Assembly (NCBI GenBank): GCA_028382965.1
Contig: JAOEUK010000006.1
Coordinates: 15,527-79,526, forward strand
Source: Candidatus Puniceispirillum sp.
GTDB taxonomy: Bacteria; Pseudomonadota; Alphaproteobacteria; Puniceispirillales; Puniceispirillaceae
DNA length: 64,000 bases
Direction of reading: 5' to 3'
The notes below the pieces were generated by a model. It was not told where the DNA came from, searched no databases, and saw nothing but the letters and a program-made list of their open reading frames with translations. A program made the translations under genes and the position numbers. Shown in pieces: positions 1 through 8,890 of this stretch (position 1 is the stretch's first letter; each line of letters starts with the position of its first letter).

Positions 1-579
1 GGGGTTAATGCTGCAGACCGGCCATTTGGCCTTGGCAGCTTGGCAACTACTGAACAGGTTTCTGGCTGGGATATTGATGTTCGTCCTGATGGAAAAGGGG
101 CGCCAATTGGAAGTGGTAATGCGATTGAGGGAGAAGAGATATATGCGGAGCGCTGCGCTGCTTGTCATGGTGACTTTGGTGAAGGAATTGATCGATGGCC
201 TATATTAGCTGGCGGCCTTGGTTCGCTGACATCTGAAGACCCTGTTAAAACTGTGGGTAGTTATTGGCCGTATGCTTCAACTGCATATGATTATATTTAC
301 CGGGCAATGCCTTTTGGTGAAGCGCAATCGCTAACCCATAATGAGACCTATCAAGTCGTTGCATATATTCTTAATATGAGTGACATAATTGACGAGGAAT
401 TTATTCTAAGCAATGAAACAATTGGTAAGGTCAAAATGCCAAATCAAAAAGGATTTATGATGCCTGATCCAAGGCCTGATGGTCAGCCAAAGGGCAATCC
501 ATGTATGAGCAATTGTAGTGTTCCTACTAAAGTTATTGGACGCGCGCGTAGTATTGATGTGACGCCTGACAAGGAATAG
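1..579 (+). CDS. c-type cytochrome, SoxD-like (5' end cut by window edge)
   Basis: The frame is open from nt 1; the track start at 40 is a TTG inside an open frame. It has one CxxCH heme motif (CAACHG) and the block [18 protein letters not shown], typical of Sox/sulfite-dehydrogenase-associated cytochromes. It sits upstream of soxB. Confidence 0.6.
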   Translation, partial: GVNAADRPFGLGSLATTEQVSGWDIDVRPDGKGAPIGSGNAIEGEEIYAERCAACHGDFGEGIDRWPILAGGLGSLTSEDPVKTVGSYWPYASTAYDYIYRAMPFGEAQSLTHNETYQVVAYILNMSDIIDEEFILSNETIGKVKMPNQKGFMMPDPRPDGQPKGNPCMSNCSVPTKVIGRARSIDVTPDKE

Positions 580-640
580 AGTTGAACTGTGCCTGGTTGT
601 CTCATCAAGTGTAATCAAGTGATCTAAAGAGGGGGAAATT

Positions 641-1567
641 GTGTCAAAGAAGCTAACTCGGCGCCAAATTGTTGCTGGGACTGTTGCTGGTATAACTATA
701 GCTGCATTACCTGTCCCCGCTGTACTGGCATCGCCGCTGTCTTTAGCTAATGGGAAAATGTCTAGTTTTTCTGACGGTGAAATGAACTTACCTGTGGAAT
801 CGGTATTTTATGATATCGTTGGAAATGATCGTAACAAATTTCTCAATGCGGCTGGGGTCTCTGATGGCGTTTGGCGTAGGCCAGTGAATGTAAACTTATT
901 GGAAATTGGGAATCGTAAGATATTGTTTGATGTTGGGTCCGGCAATAATTTTTTGCCCAGCCTTGGTGAATTGCCTGCAGCGCTCGATGCTGCTGAAGTT
1001 GACATTGGGGATATTACGGACGTGGTTTTTACCCATGCGCATCCGGACCATATTTGGGGGATTGTTGATGATTTTGATGATCTTCTAATGCCTGATGCCG
1101 CGTATTATATAAGCCAAGGGGAATGGGATTTTTGGGACTCAGATAAGGCAATGAATGCAATGCCTGCTGGCCGGGAGAGTTTTGCAGTTGGTGCAAAGTC
1201 ACGCTTTGATATGCTTCGCAACAAAATGTCATTTTTTAAGGATGGTGATGAAATTTTACCTAACATTGAGATTGTAAAAACAGCTGGCCATACACCTGGT
1301 CATTCATCAATTTTGATTCATGATTCTGGGCACTCAGTGCTTGTTGTCGGTGATGCTTTTACTCACCCTATTATCTCGTTTAACCATCCAGAATGGCATG
1401 ACCCGGCTGACATGGATCGTGAGGAATCGGCCTTAACCCGTAAGCGCATTCTTGATCGTGTTACTGCGGATAAAATTAGTCTGGCTGCAACTCATTTGCC
1501 TTCACCTGGCTTTGGCCGGGTAGAGAAGAATCAAGCCGCTTGGCGCTACATTGCCGCAGACAGCTAG
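641..1567 (+). CDS. Tat-exported metallo-beta-lactamase-fold hydrolase (SoxH-like)
   Basis: GTG start. Twin-arginine leader (LTRRQIVAGTVAG), HxHxDH motif (THAHPDH) and a downstream GHTPGH. It lies between the SoxD-like cytochrome and soxB. Confidence 0.7.
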   Translation: MSKKLTRRQIVAGTVAGITIAALPVPAVLASPLSLANGKMSSFSDGEMNLPVESVFYDIVGNDRNKFLNAAGVSDGVWRRPVNVNLLEIGNRKILFDVGSGNNFLPSLGELPAALDAAEVDIGDITDVVFTHAHPDHIWGIVDDFDDLLMPDAAYYISQGEWDFWDSDKAMNAMPAGRESFAVGAKSRFDMLRNKMSFFKDGDEILPNIEIVKTAGHTPGHSSILIHDSGHSVLVVGDAFTHPIISFNHPEWHDPADMDREESALTRKRILDRVTADKISLAATHLPSPGFGRVEKNQAAWRYIAADS

Positions 1568-1591
1568 TCAATTGAAATAGGAAAATACGTT

Positions 1592-3283
1592 ATGGTTTCT
1601 CGCCGTGAATTCATGCAAATGGCCGCTGTCACAGCTGGTGTATTCGGTACAACGGCGAATTGGAATCGCGCAGCTGCTCAGCAGACCATGCGACAGGATG
1701 ATTTGTTAAAATTTGACAGTAAAGGGCAGGTAACGCTTCTTCATATCACTGACATGCACGGGCAATTGAAGCCATTATATTTCAGGCCTCCATCTGAGAA
1801 CTACGGTGTTGGCGATTTTGAAGGGCGACCACCACACCTTGTTGCAGAAGATTTTTTAGAGCATTTTAACATTGCACCAGGAACTCCTCTTGCCTATGCG
1901 CATACAATGGTTGATTACGTTAACATGGCGAGAACTTATGGCCGGCTTGGTGGGCTCGATCGCACAGCAACATTAGTTAAGTCTATCCGTGCAGACCGTG
2001 GTGATGACAAAGTTCTGCTTCTTGATGGGGGTGATACATGGCAAGGGTCCTACACGTCATTAAAGACTAATGGTCAGGATATGGTTGATGCGATGGCAAC
2101 GCTAAAGCCTGACGCAATGGTGGGACATTGGGAGTTTACGTTTGGCGTAGAAAGGGTAAAAGAAATTATCACCTCAATGCAATACCCGTTTCTTGGTGGT
2201 AACGTGTTTGATAATGAGTGGGATGAACCGGTTTTCGAAAGCACTGCATTTTTTGAAAAAGGTGGGGTGAAAGTGGCTGTGATTGGACAGCATTTCCCAT
2301 ATACACCGATTGCGAACCCTCGTTATATGGTACCACAGTGGTCATTCGGTATTCGTCCTGAAACTTTGCAAAGAAACGTTGATGCAGCACGCGATGCTGG
2401 CGCTAAAATTGTTGTGTTGCTCTCCCATAATGGCTTTGATGTTGATCAGAAGTTAGCAACCGTTGTGTCAGGTATAAATGTGATTCTTACAGGGCACACC
2501 CACGATGCGGTGCCGCGAGCACTAAAAATTAACAAGACATTGCTTTTATCATCAGGCTCACATGGCAAATATTTGGGACGAATTGATTTGGATGTCAAAG
2601 GCGGCGAGGTGGCTGACTATAGTTCAACTTTGATTCCTGTCTTTTCAGACGTAATTACACCTGATGCTGAGATGGAAACACTTATACAAAAGTTACGGGC
2701 CCCTTATGAAACTGAATGTAATCGTGTGATTGGCAGCACCAGTGGCCTGTTGTATCGACGCGGCAATTTCAACGGTACTTGGGATGATTTGATATGTCAG
2801 GGCATTATGGAGGAGCGTGACGTTGAAATTGCTTTAAGCCCTGGCTTCCGATGGGGAACAACCTTGCTTCCAGGTCAAAATATTACTATCGACGACCTTT
2901 ATAACCAAACAAGTATGAGCTATCCAAACGTCTACCGCACTGAAATGACGGGCTCACAAATCAAAGCAATTCTTGAAGATGTTTGTGATAATCTTTTCAA
3001 TGTTGATCCATTCTATCAGCAGGGTGGTGATATGGTTCGAGTTGGTGGAATAAATTACACCTGCGCGCCAAAAGAAAGTATGGGCAATAGGATTAGTGAC
3101 TTGACCCTTACAAAGACTGGAGAAAAGCTTAATGCTGATCAAATATATGTTGTTGGGGGTTGGGCTTCAATTAATGAAAATGTTGAGGGTCCGGCTATTT
3201 ATAATCTAATGGAGAATTATATAAGCCAAAAGAAGTCCATTGGTTTGTCTACACAGCAATCAGTAAAGGTTATTGGCCTTTAA
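1592..3283 (+). CDS. soxB: thiosulfohydrolase SoxB
   Basis: 563 aa. Tat leader (SRREFMQMAAVTAG) and dinuclear metallophosphoesterase motifs (HITDMHG, GGDTWQGS, GHWEF, SHNG, GHTH), followed by a 5'-nucleotidase-type C-terminal domain. Confidence 0.85.
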   Translation: MVSRREFMQMAAVTAGVFGTTANWNRAAAQQTMRQDDLLKFDSKGQVTLLHITDMHGQLKPLYFRPPSENYGVGDFEGRPPHLVAEDFLEHFNIAPGTPLAYAHTMVDYVNMARTYGRLGGLDRTATLVKSIRADRGDDKVLLLDGGDTWQGSYTSLKTNGQDMVDAMATLKPDAMVGHWEFTFGVERVKEIITSMQYPFLGGNVFDNEWDEPVFESTAFFEKGGVKVAVIGQHFPYTPIANPRYMVPQWSFGIRPETLQRNVDAARDAGAKIVVLLSHNGFDVDQKLATVVSGINVILTGHTHDAVPRALKINKTLLLSSGSHGKYLGRIDLDVKGGEVADYSSTLIPVFSDVITPDAEMETLIQKLRAPYETECNRVIGSTSGLLYRRGNFNGTWDDLICQGIMEERDVEIALSPGFRWGTTLLPGQNITIDDLYNQTSMSYPNVYRTEMTGSQIKAILEDVCDNLFNVDPFYQQGGDMVRVGGINYTCAPKESMGNRISDLTLTKTGEKLNADQIYVVGGWASINENVEGPAIYNLMENYISQKKSIGLSTQQSVKVIGL

Positions 3284-3408
3284 ACCGCTGCAGCGATATT
3301 TGAATTGTCATACCCTATTACAGATCCAAAATTATTTCATTTTGATTTGACAAGGATCATGTCCTGTTTTTTAATACAATGTATGACAATCATACCGTGG
3401 AATGGCCA

Positions 3409-3438
3409 AAAAGGCTCACAAACGTTTTTGAGCCTTTT
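3409..3438 (+). terminator. candidate intrinsic terminator after soxB
   Basis: 9-bp stem AAAAGGCTC/GAGCCTTTT with a 12-nt loop and a T-rich tail. A weaker hairpin plus T6 lies at 3350-3372. Long loop and AT-rich stem ends keep confidence low. Confidence 0.35.
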
Positions 3439-3564
3439 AAATTTTCAAAGAAGTGTTATCAAAAATCTATTTGCAGTTTGGGGCCAGCTGCAAGATTATT
3501 CAGATCATCGAAGCTCTTCGTTAAATGACTATTATTTTTTGCTAATTAGTATGGGTAGAACAGC

Positions 3565-4437
3565 ATGAAAGCCGTGAAATTTGATTATAAGCGACCAGCC
3601 ACAATTGATGAGGCGTGTTGCCTTCTGGCTGGTGATCACAATGCACGAATTTTGGCTGGTGGCCAGTCATTGATACCCATGCTGTCAATGCGTCTGTCAC
3701 GACCCTCACTGCTTGTTGATATTGCGCATATTGCTGAGCTAACTCAGTTTATTGAAACTGATCACCATATTGAAATAGGGGCTATGGTTCGCCAAGCGGT
3801 GGCGCAAGTTAACCCACTTGTGAAAACCCATATACCACTTTTGGCGAAGGCGCTTGAGTATGTTGGTCATCTTCCTACGCGTGCCCGCGGCACTATTGGT
3901 GGATCAATTGCCCATGCTGATCCGTCCGCCGAAATTGCACTCGTTGCCATTACTTTGAATGCTGAAATAACATACCAAGATGGTGAAGATGACGTGGTGT
4001 TTGATGCAAGCGACTTTTTTATTGGCCCTATGCTAACGCTTGCGCCACCAAGTGGATGCCTTGTGCGTACTGGTTTTCCAAAAGCGCCGGCAATTTGCGG
4101 CACTGGTTTTCACGAAGTTGCCCCTCGTCGTAGTGATTATGCATTAGCCTCGGCAGCAGCGCAAATTAGTGCCAGCGTCGATGGAAGGATTGAGAAAATT
4201 GATGTTGGTGTGGGATCGGTTGGTGATTTTCCTGAGAGGCTGAAAGTTGATGCCTTGCTGACGTCTGATCTTGGTGATGATACAATCTCTCAGGTTTTAC
4301 ATGCGGCGATGGCTGATATAGAAACGGTTGAAGACCTTCATGCGAGTGCAGCCTACCGAAAACGGGTTGCCACTGAATTGGCAATTCGAGCTGTGCGTGA
4401 TGCGCTTAATGAAATAAAAAAGGGGACACGCCAATGA
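3565..4437 (+). CDS. molybdo-hydroxylase FAD-binding medium subunit (CoxM-like)
   Basis: 290 aa with AGGQSLIPML and GTIGGSIAHADP FAD-binding motifs. Its stop overlaps the next start (ATGA at 4434-4437). Confidence 0.85.
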   Translation: MKAVKFDYKRPATIDEACCLLAGDHNARILAGGQSLIPMLSMRLSRPSLLVDIAHIAELTQFIETDHHIEIGAMVRQAVAQVNPLVKTHIPLLAKALEYVGHLPTRARGTIGGSIAHADPSAEIALVAITLNAEITYQDGEDDVVFDASDFFIGPMLTLAPPSGCLVRTGFPKAPAICGTGFHEVAPRRSDYALASAAAQISASVDGRIEKIDVGVGSVGDFPERLKVDALLTSDLGDDTISQVLHAAMADIETVEDLHASAAYRKRVATELAIRAVRDALNEIKKGTRQ

Positions 4438-4961
4438 ATGATGTCTCAATAAAAATCAATGGTGAGTTAGTGACAGCGATGGTTGAGCCACGACTGACAA
4501 TGCTAGACTTTTTACGTGACGTCGCGGGTCTTAAGGGAACGCATGCTGGTTGTGAACATGGCGTCTGTGGCGCGTGTACAATCCTGTATGATGGTAACGC
4601 TGTACGTTCATGCCTTATGCTTGCGGTGCAAGTTGACGGTCAGGAAATAACCACGATTGAGGGTATCGGCGGTAATTTTGAGCGTTCGGGTGAGCTTGGT
4701 ATTATTCAGGATGCTTTTTGCGAGGCGCATGGGCTGCAATGCGGGTATTGTACACCAGGAATGGTGCTTGCCGCCGAAGCATTACTTGCAAAAACACCAA
4801 GTCCTTCAGAAGATAATGTGCGTGACGCAATATCAGGAAATATTTGCCGTTGTACTGGTTATGTGCAGATTGTCGATGCGATTATGCTGGCGGCACAGCG
4901 TCTCGGTAACCGGAATGATATGCTCTTGCCAAACCATCCCAGCACTCAGCAAGATAAGTGA
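4434..4961 (+). CDS. molybdo-hydroxylase [2Fe-2S] small subunit (CoxS-like)
   Basis: 175 aa with two cluster motifs: CEHGVCGACT, and CGYCTPGM...CRCTGY. Confidence 0.9.
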   Translation: MNDVSIKINGELVTAMVEPRLTMLDFLRDVAGLKGTHAGCEHGVCGACTILYDGNAVRSCLMLAVQVDGQEITTIEGIGGNFERSGELGIIQDAFCEAHGLQCGYCTPGMVLAAEALLAKTPSPSEDNVRDAISGNICRCTGYVQIVDAIMLAAQRLGNRNDMLLPNHPSTQQDK

Positions 4962-4969
4962 GATAACAC

Positions 4970-7348
4970 ATGGCCGAAAAAACCTATAAATTTATTTCAC
5001 AACCACGCCGCGCTGTAGAGGATCGACGTTTTGTCGCTGGTCGAGGTAAGTTTGTTGCTGATTTAGACAGACCCGGCATGTTACACGTGGCACCACTTGC
5101 GTCCCATTATCCAGCTGCAATCATTAACAAGATCGACGTGACAGCTGCTCTTGCTATGCCTGGGGTTGTCGATGTTATTACTGGTGCTGAAATAAGTGCC
5201 GCTATCCAGCCATTGATAAACGGTCTCGATACTCCTAACGTGCGCCGATTCCCGTTGGCAGTTGGTCGTGTGCGTTACGCTGGCGAATGGGTGTGTGCTG
5301 TTGTTGCTGAAAGCCGAGCGATTGCTGAGGATGCGCTTGAAAAAATTATAGTTGATGCCGCCGCACAGCCCTTTGTCCTCGATGCGGAAGAGGCGCTTTT
5401 ATCAACTAGTCCGCCAGTACACCCTGAACATGGCAGCAATCTTTTGTTAGATAAAAAATTTGTGTGGGGAGCGGTGGATGATGACTTTGCGTTGGCCAAG
5501 CATAACCTGTCATTTAGCGTAACTTGGGGACGTAATTCAACGGTTCCGATTGAAACTTTTGGTGTTGTCGCCGAGTGGAATGGTTGGGATCAAATCCTGG
5601 ATATTTGGGCGTCAGTGCAGATGCCAAAATATTCGGATCAGATTTCGCGCTGCCTTGGTTTGGCTGGTAATGCCGTGCGAGTGCACTATGATATTGATGT
5701 TGGTGGAAGCTATGGCGTGAAACGTGGTATAAAGCATGCCACCCTGATTGGTTATATTGCCCGAAAACTTGGCCGCCCAGTGCGCTTTATTGAGGACCGT
5801 TTGGAAAATATGCGCGCTGGTGATGCGCACGGTCCAGAGCGGAAATTTGATGTCACAATGGCGTTTGAGGATGACGGCACAATAAGGTCAATGAAAATGC
5901 GTGCTCTTGATAATGCTGGTGCTTATGCAGGGCGGGCACCTTTCCAGCTCGGCAAACCAATTGGTGCGATTGTTGGCCCCTACCAGATAAACTCGGTATC
6001 GTATCATGCATTGTCCGTTACCTCGAACAAAACGGTTCAGGAGGCAGTCCGTGGCTTTGGTCAGGCGCCAACCAACTATGCGATTGAAACTGCTATGGAT
6101 CGTGTTGCAAACTTTCTGAAAATGGACCGGCTGGTGTTACGCCAGCACAACCTTATCCGCGCTGACCAATTTCCCTATCTCATTCCAAGCGGTAGCACTT
6201 ATGACAGTGGAGACTACCATACGGTTATCGACAAGGTGCTTAACGCAGCCGATTACTCAGCGCTTGTCGCTACGCGTGACCGGCTACGCACAGAAGGAAT
6301 GATGGCGGGAATAGGTGTCGCTGCCTGTCTGGAACCAAGTGGAGGAAATTCGTCCTTTGAACCATTGCTGAATGAGGCGAACAAAACTTCAACTTGGATG
6401 GAGTCCTGCCAGGTTAATGTTGATGCACTTGGCAATGTGATTGCGCGAATTCATACAACATCTTCAGGCCAAGGACATGACACGTTGGTTTCAACTGTAC
6501 TTGGTGAAGTGTTACAGATTGATCCTGATAAAATCAGGGTGACGCGACCAAATTCGCTCGAGAGCCTTCCGGGCAATTCGCCAGTTGGTAGCAGAATGGC
6601 TATCATGCTTGGTGGCGCGGCAGCGCGAGCTGCTGAAAAGCTAAAGTTAAAAATAGTTGCTATTGCTGCGCATTGTTTGGGGTTTGATGCCGATAAGTTA
6701 GTATATTCAGGTGGCGATGTGCTAGCGCCGGATGGAAGTAAGCACAGTTGGTTGGATGCGGTTGAGCTGGCTCATCGGCAATTTCATAACTTGCCTGAAG
6801 GGATGGATCCTGGGCTTGCTTCATTTGATATTATGCAAGTGCCTACAGGCGATGCACTGCCGGTTGACGGCAAAGTGCAGATGTATCCTTGCTATTCTTT
6901 TGAATTTCATTTGGTTTTAGTGGCATTTGATCCAGTTATCGGGCGCCCTGAAATTCGTTCATATACGATTGGCCATGATTGCGGCACGGTGATCAATCCA
7001 GCGATTGTCAGTGGCATGACTTATGGGGGAATTGCCCATGGTATTGGTGCAACCCTGTTTGAAGAGTTTGCTTATGACGCGAACGGCCAACTCATGACGC
7101 AGAGTTTTCTTGATTATTTGATGCCTTCATCCCACGAAGTGCCTCCAATTGAAATTGTTAAACATTGCACCCCATCACCACATACCGTATTTGGCCAGAA
7201 AGGATCTGGTGAAAGTGGTTATTTGGGTGCACCTGCAGCAATCTCGGGTGCAATCAATGATGCTGTTGCTGCATTGGACATCCATTTTGAAAAACTGCCA
7301 ATTCGAATGAGCGCTATTAGCGATGCAATTTCGAACAAGCTAGCATAA
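4970..7348 (+). CDS. xanthine dehydrogenase-family molybdopterin-binding large subunit (CoxL-like, not a bona fide CODH)
   Basis: 792 aa. A C-terminal catalytic-Glu block (GQKGSGESGYLG) is present. The active-site loop reads AGAYAGRAP (nt 5915-5941) instead of form I VAYRCSFR or form II AYRGAGR. Confidence 0.85.
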   Translation: MAEKTYKFISQPRRAVEDRRFVAGRGKFVADLDRPGMLHVAPLASHYPAAIINKIDVTAALAMPGVVDVITGAEISAAIQPLINGLDTPNVRRFPLAVGRVRYAGEWVCAVVAESRAIAEDALEKIIVDAAAQPFVLDAEEALLSTSPPVHPEHGSNLLLDKKFVWGAVDDDFALAKHNLSFSVTWGRNSTVPIETFGVVAEWNGWDQILDIWASVQMPKYSDQISRCLGLAGNAVRVHYDIDVGGSYGVKRGIKHATLIGYIARKLGRPVRFIEDRLENMRAGDAHGPERKFDVTMAFEDDGTIRSMKMRALDNAGAYAGRAPFQLGKPIGAIVGPYQINSVSYHALSVTSNKTVQEAVRGFGQAPTNYAIETAMDRVANFLKMDRLVLRQHNLIRADQFPYLIPSGSTYDSGDYHTVIDKVLNAADYSALVATRDRLRTEGMMAGIGVAACLEPSGGNSSFEPLLNEANKTSTWMESCQVNVDALGNVIARIHTTSSGQGHDTLVSTVLGEVLQIDPDKIRVTRPNSLESLPGNSPVGSRMAIMLGGAAARAAEKLKLKIVAIAAHCLGFDADKLVYSGGDVLAPDGSKHSWLDAVELAHRQFHNLPEGMDPGLASFDIMQVPTGDALPVDGKVQMYPCYSFEFHLVLVAFDPVIGRPEIRSYTIGHDCGTVINPAIVSGMTYGGIAHGIGATLFEEFAYDANGQLMTQSFLDYLMPSSHEVPPIEIVKHCTPSPHTVFGQKGSGESGYLGAPAAISGAINDAVAALDIHFEKLPIRMSAISDAISNKLA

Positions 7349-7384
7349 TTTCCACTCCCCACTAGTCAGGACTTGATCTATCAT

Positions 7385-8365
7385 ATGATTATTGACAGCC
7401 ACGCGCATTTCATTCCTCCCCGGTTGCTCGACGCCATCCGTGACACAGCTGCAGATTTTACGGCAGTTGAACTAGTGCATAGTGACGACGACAGTTTTGG
7501 TTTTTCTTTTGATGGGAACAAGCCAACGCGCCCAGCAAGCAAATTGCTTTCCGACATCAAGGGGCGCCTTGATTGGATGGACGCCAATGCGATTGATTTG
7601 CAAGTTATTGGTGGCTGGCTTGATATGTTTGGCTACGAGATGCCAGCTGATCAGGGCTGCCGTTGGTCATCATTGATCAATCAACATCTGAAAGAGTTTT
7701 GTGCAGAAAACCCGCGCTTTTTGCCGTTAGCTAGCTTGCCGATGCAGGCTGGTTCTTCTGCGGCTGAGGTTCTTGACGCAGTGCATAAGGATGGATTTAA
7801 GGGCGCAATGATTGGCACCCAACCAAAGGGCAAGGGTGGCGTTCTGGATGATCCCGAACTGACGCCTTTCTGGGAGTCGGCACACCGCAATGGTTCCATC
7901 GTGTTTATTCACCCGGTGTTTGATTCTGGTGACGATCGGGTCAATGACTATGGCATGAATAATGCCATAGGCCGTATTACTGATACGCTGATCGCCATTT
8001 CACGAATAATTTACTCCGGTCATGTGGAAACCTATCACAACGCCAAGATAGTTGTTGGAATTGGTGGTTCAGCATTGCCTTTTGTAGTTGGCAGGATGAT
8101 GCGGAACTATGACTTACATAAAGATACCCTTGCTAATCCATCAAAGGCATTGTCCATGCTATATTATGATACGCTAGTGCATGATTCTTCGGCATTAGCT
8201 CTGCTGATTAAAACTGTTGGAGTTGACCGGATTATGCTTGGTTCTGATATGCCATTCCCAATTGGTGACCCTTTTCCACGCAAAATTCTTGATAAGATGG
8301 GGCTGGATTTGGTTGATCGTAATAAGGTTGAAAATGGTGTGGCAAAGAACCTTTTTGGCCTATAA
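7385..8365 (+). CDS. amidohydrolase_2 (ACMSD-like) family protein
   Basis: ATG at 7385 gives MIIDSHAHF (HxH). The blocks LPMQ, FIHPVFD and LGSDMPFP align with remembered ACMSD-family metal-ligand blocks. The track start at 7373 is a TTG. Confidence 0.75.
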   Translation: MIIDSHAHFIPPRLLDAIRDTAADFTAVELVHSDDDSFGFSFDGNKPTRPASKLLSDIKGRLDWMDANAIDLQVIGGWLDMFGYEMPADQGCRWSSLINQHLKEFCAENPRFLPLASLPMQAGSSAAEVLDAVHKDGFKGAMIGTQPKGKGGVLDDPELTPFWESAHRNGSIVFIHPVFDSGDDRVNDYGMNNAIGRITDTLIAISRIIYSGHVETYHNAKIVVGIGGSALPFVVGRMMRNYDLHKDTLANPSKALSMLYYDTLVHDSSALALLIKTVGVDRIMLGSDMPFPIGDPFPRKILDKMGLDLVDRNKVENGVAKNLFGL

Positions 8366-8395
8366 CCAGCTGTACTCTATGAAGGGTAGTTAACT

Positions 8396-8845
8396 ATGAA
8401 TATTAACCTAAATGGCAATGAGTTGATTTTTGTCCGCCCGAATGAGCTATGGAACTCAGTGATTGATCCGGTGGTGCTACAACGCTCTATTCCGGGCTGT
8501 ATTAGCATGGTTGAAACTGTCCCTGGTGAGTATGTAATGACGCTCGAATTAAAAGTGGCGGCTGTTGGTGGTAGCTTTGAGGGAACTGTGGGCTTGTCGG
8601 AAATGGACCCACCAAATAGTTGCGTTATTTCTGTTTCAGGAAGTGGGACGCTTGGGACTGGTACGGGTACTGCGCGGGTGACGATTAGTGATGGCGAAAG
8701 CGGTACTGCGAACATCGCATATGAGGCAGCTGGTGAGGTTGGTGGCCTTGTTGCGGGTGTTGGCCAGCGGATTTTGTTGGGTGTTGCTAAGCATCTTGTA
8801 AGGCAATTTTTCACAGCGCTTAAAAAGGAATTTGTCGCAAGTTAG
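8396..8845 (+). CDS. coxG: SRPBCC CoxG-family protein
   Basis: 149 aa. The N-terminal pattern (LWNSVIDPVVLQRSIPGC...VE) and a Gly/Thr-rich linker are typical of carbon monoxide dehydrogenase subunit G family proteins. Confidence 0.75.
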   Translation: MNINLNGNELIFVRPNELWNSVIDPVVLQRSIPGCISMVETVPGEYVMTLELKVAAVGGSFEGTVGLSEMDPPNSCVISVSGSGTLGTGTGTARVTISDGESGTANIAYEAAGEVGGLVAGVGQRILLGVAKHLVRQFFTALKKEFVAS

Positions 8846-8890
8846 CGTAATTGGCGCACAGGGTTGGCTTTAGAAATGGGAAAAGACTTT

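Noticed and set aside
3305-3568. 87-aa ORF filling the soxB-coxM spacer, ending in an ATGA overlap with coxM
   Set aside because: It lies in AT-rich DNA with implausible composition, contains the candidate soxB terminator hairpins, and shows no family resemblance.
4970-7348. Calling the Cox-like genes an aerobic carbon monoxide dehydrogenase
   Set aside because: The active-site loop is AGAYAGRAP and lacks the Cys of VAYRCSFR. No coxD/E/F accessory genes are present. It is annotated only as a xanthine dehydrogenase-family hydroxylase.
8377-8814. 145-aa minus-strand ORF overlapping coxG
   Set aside because: The plus-strand translation matches the CoxG/SRPBCC family and fits the operon. The minus-strand product is Pro/Thr/Ser-rich with no motif.
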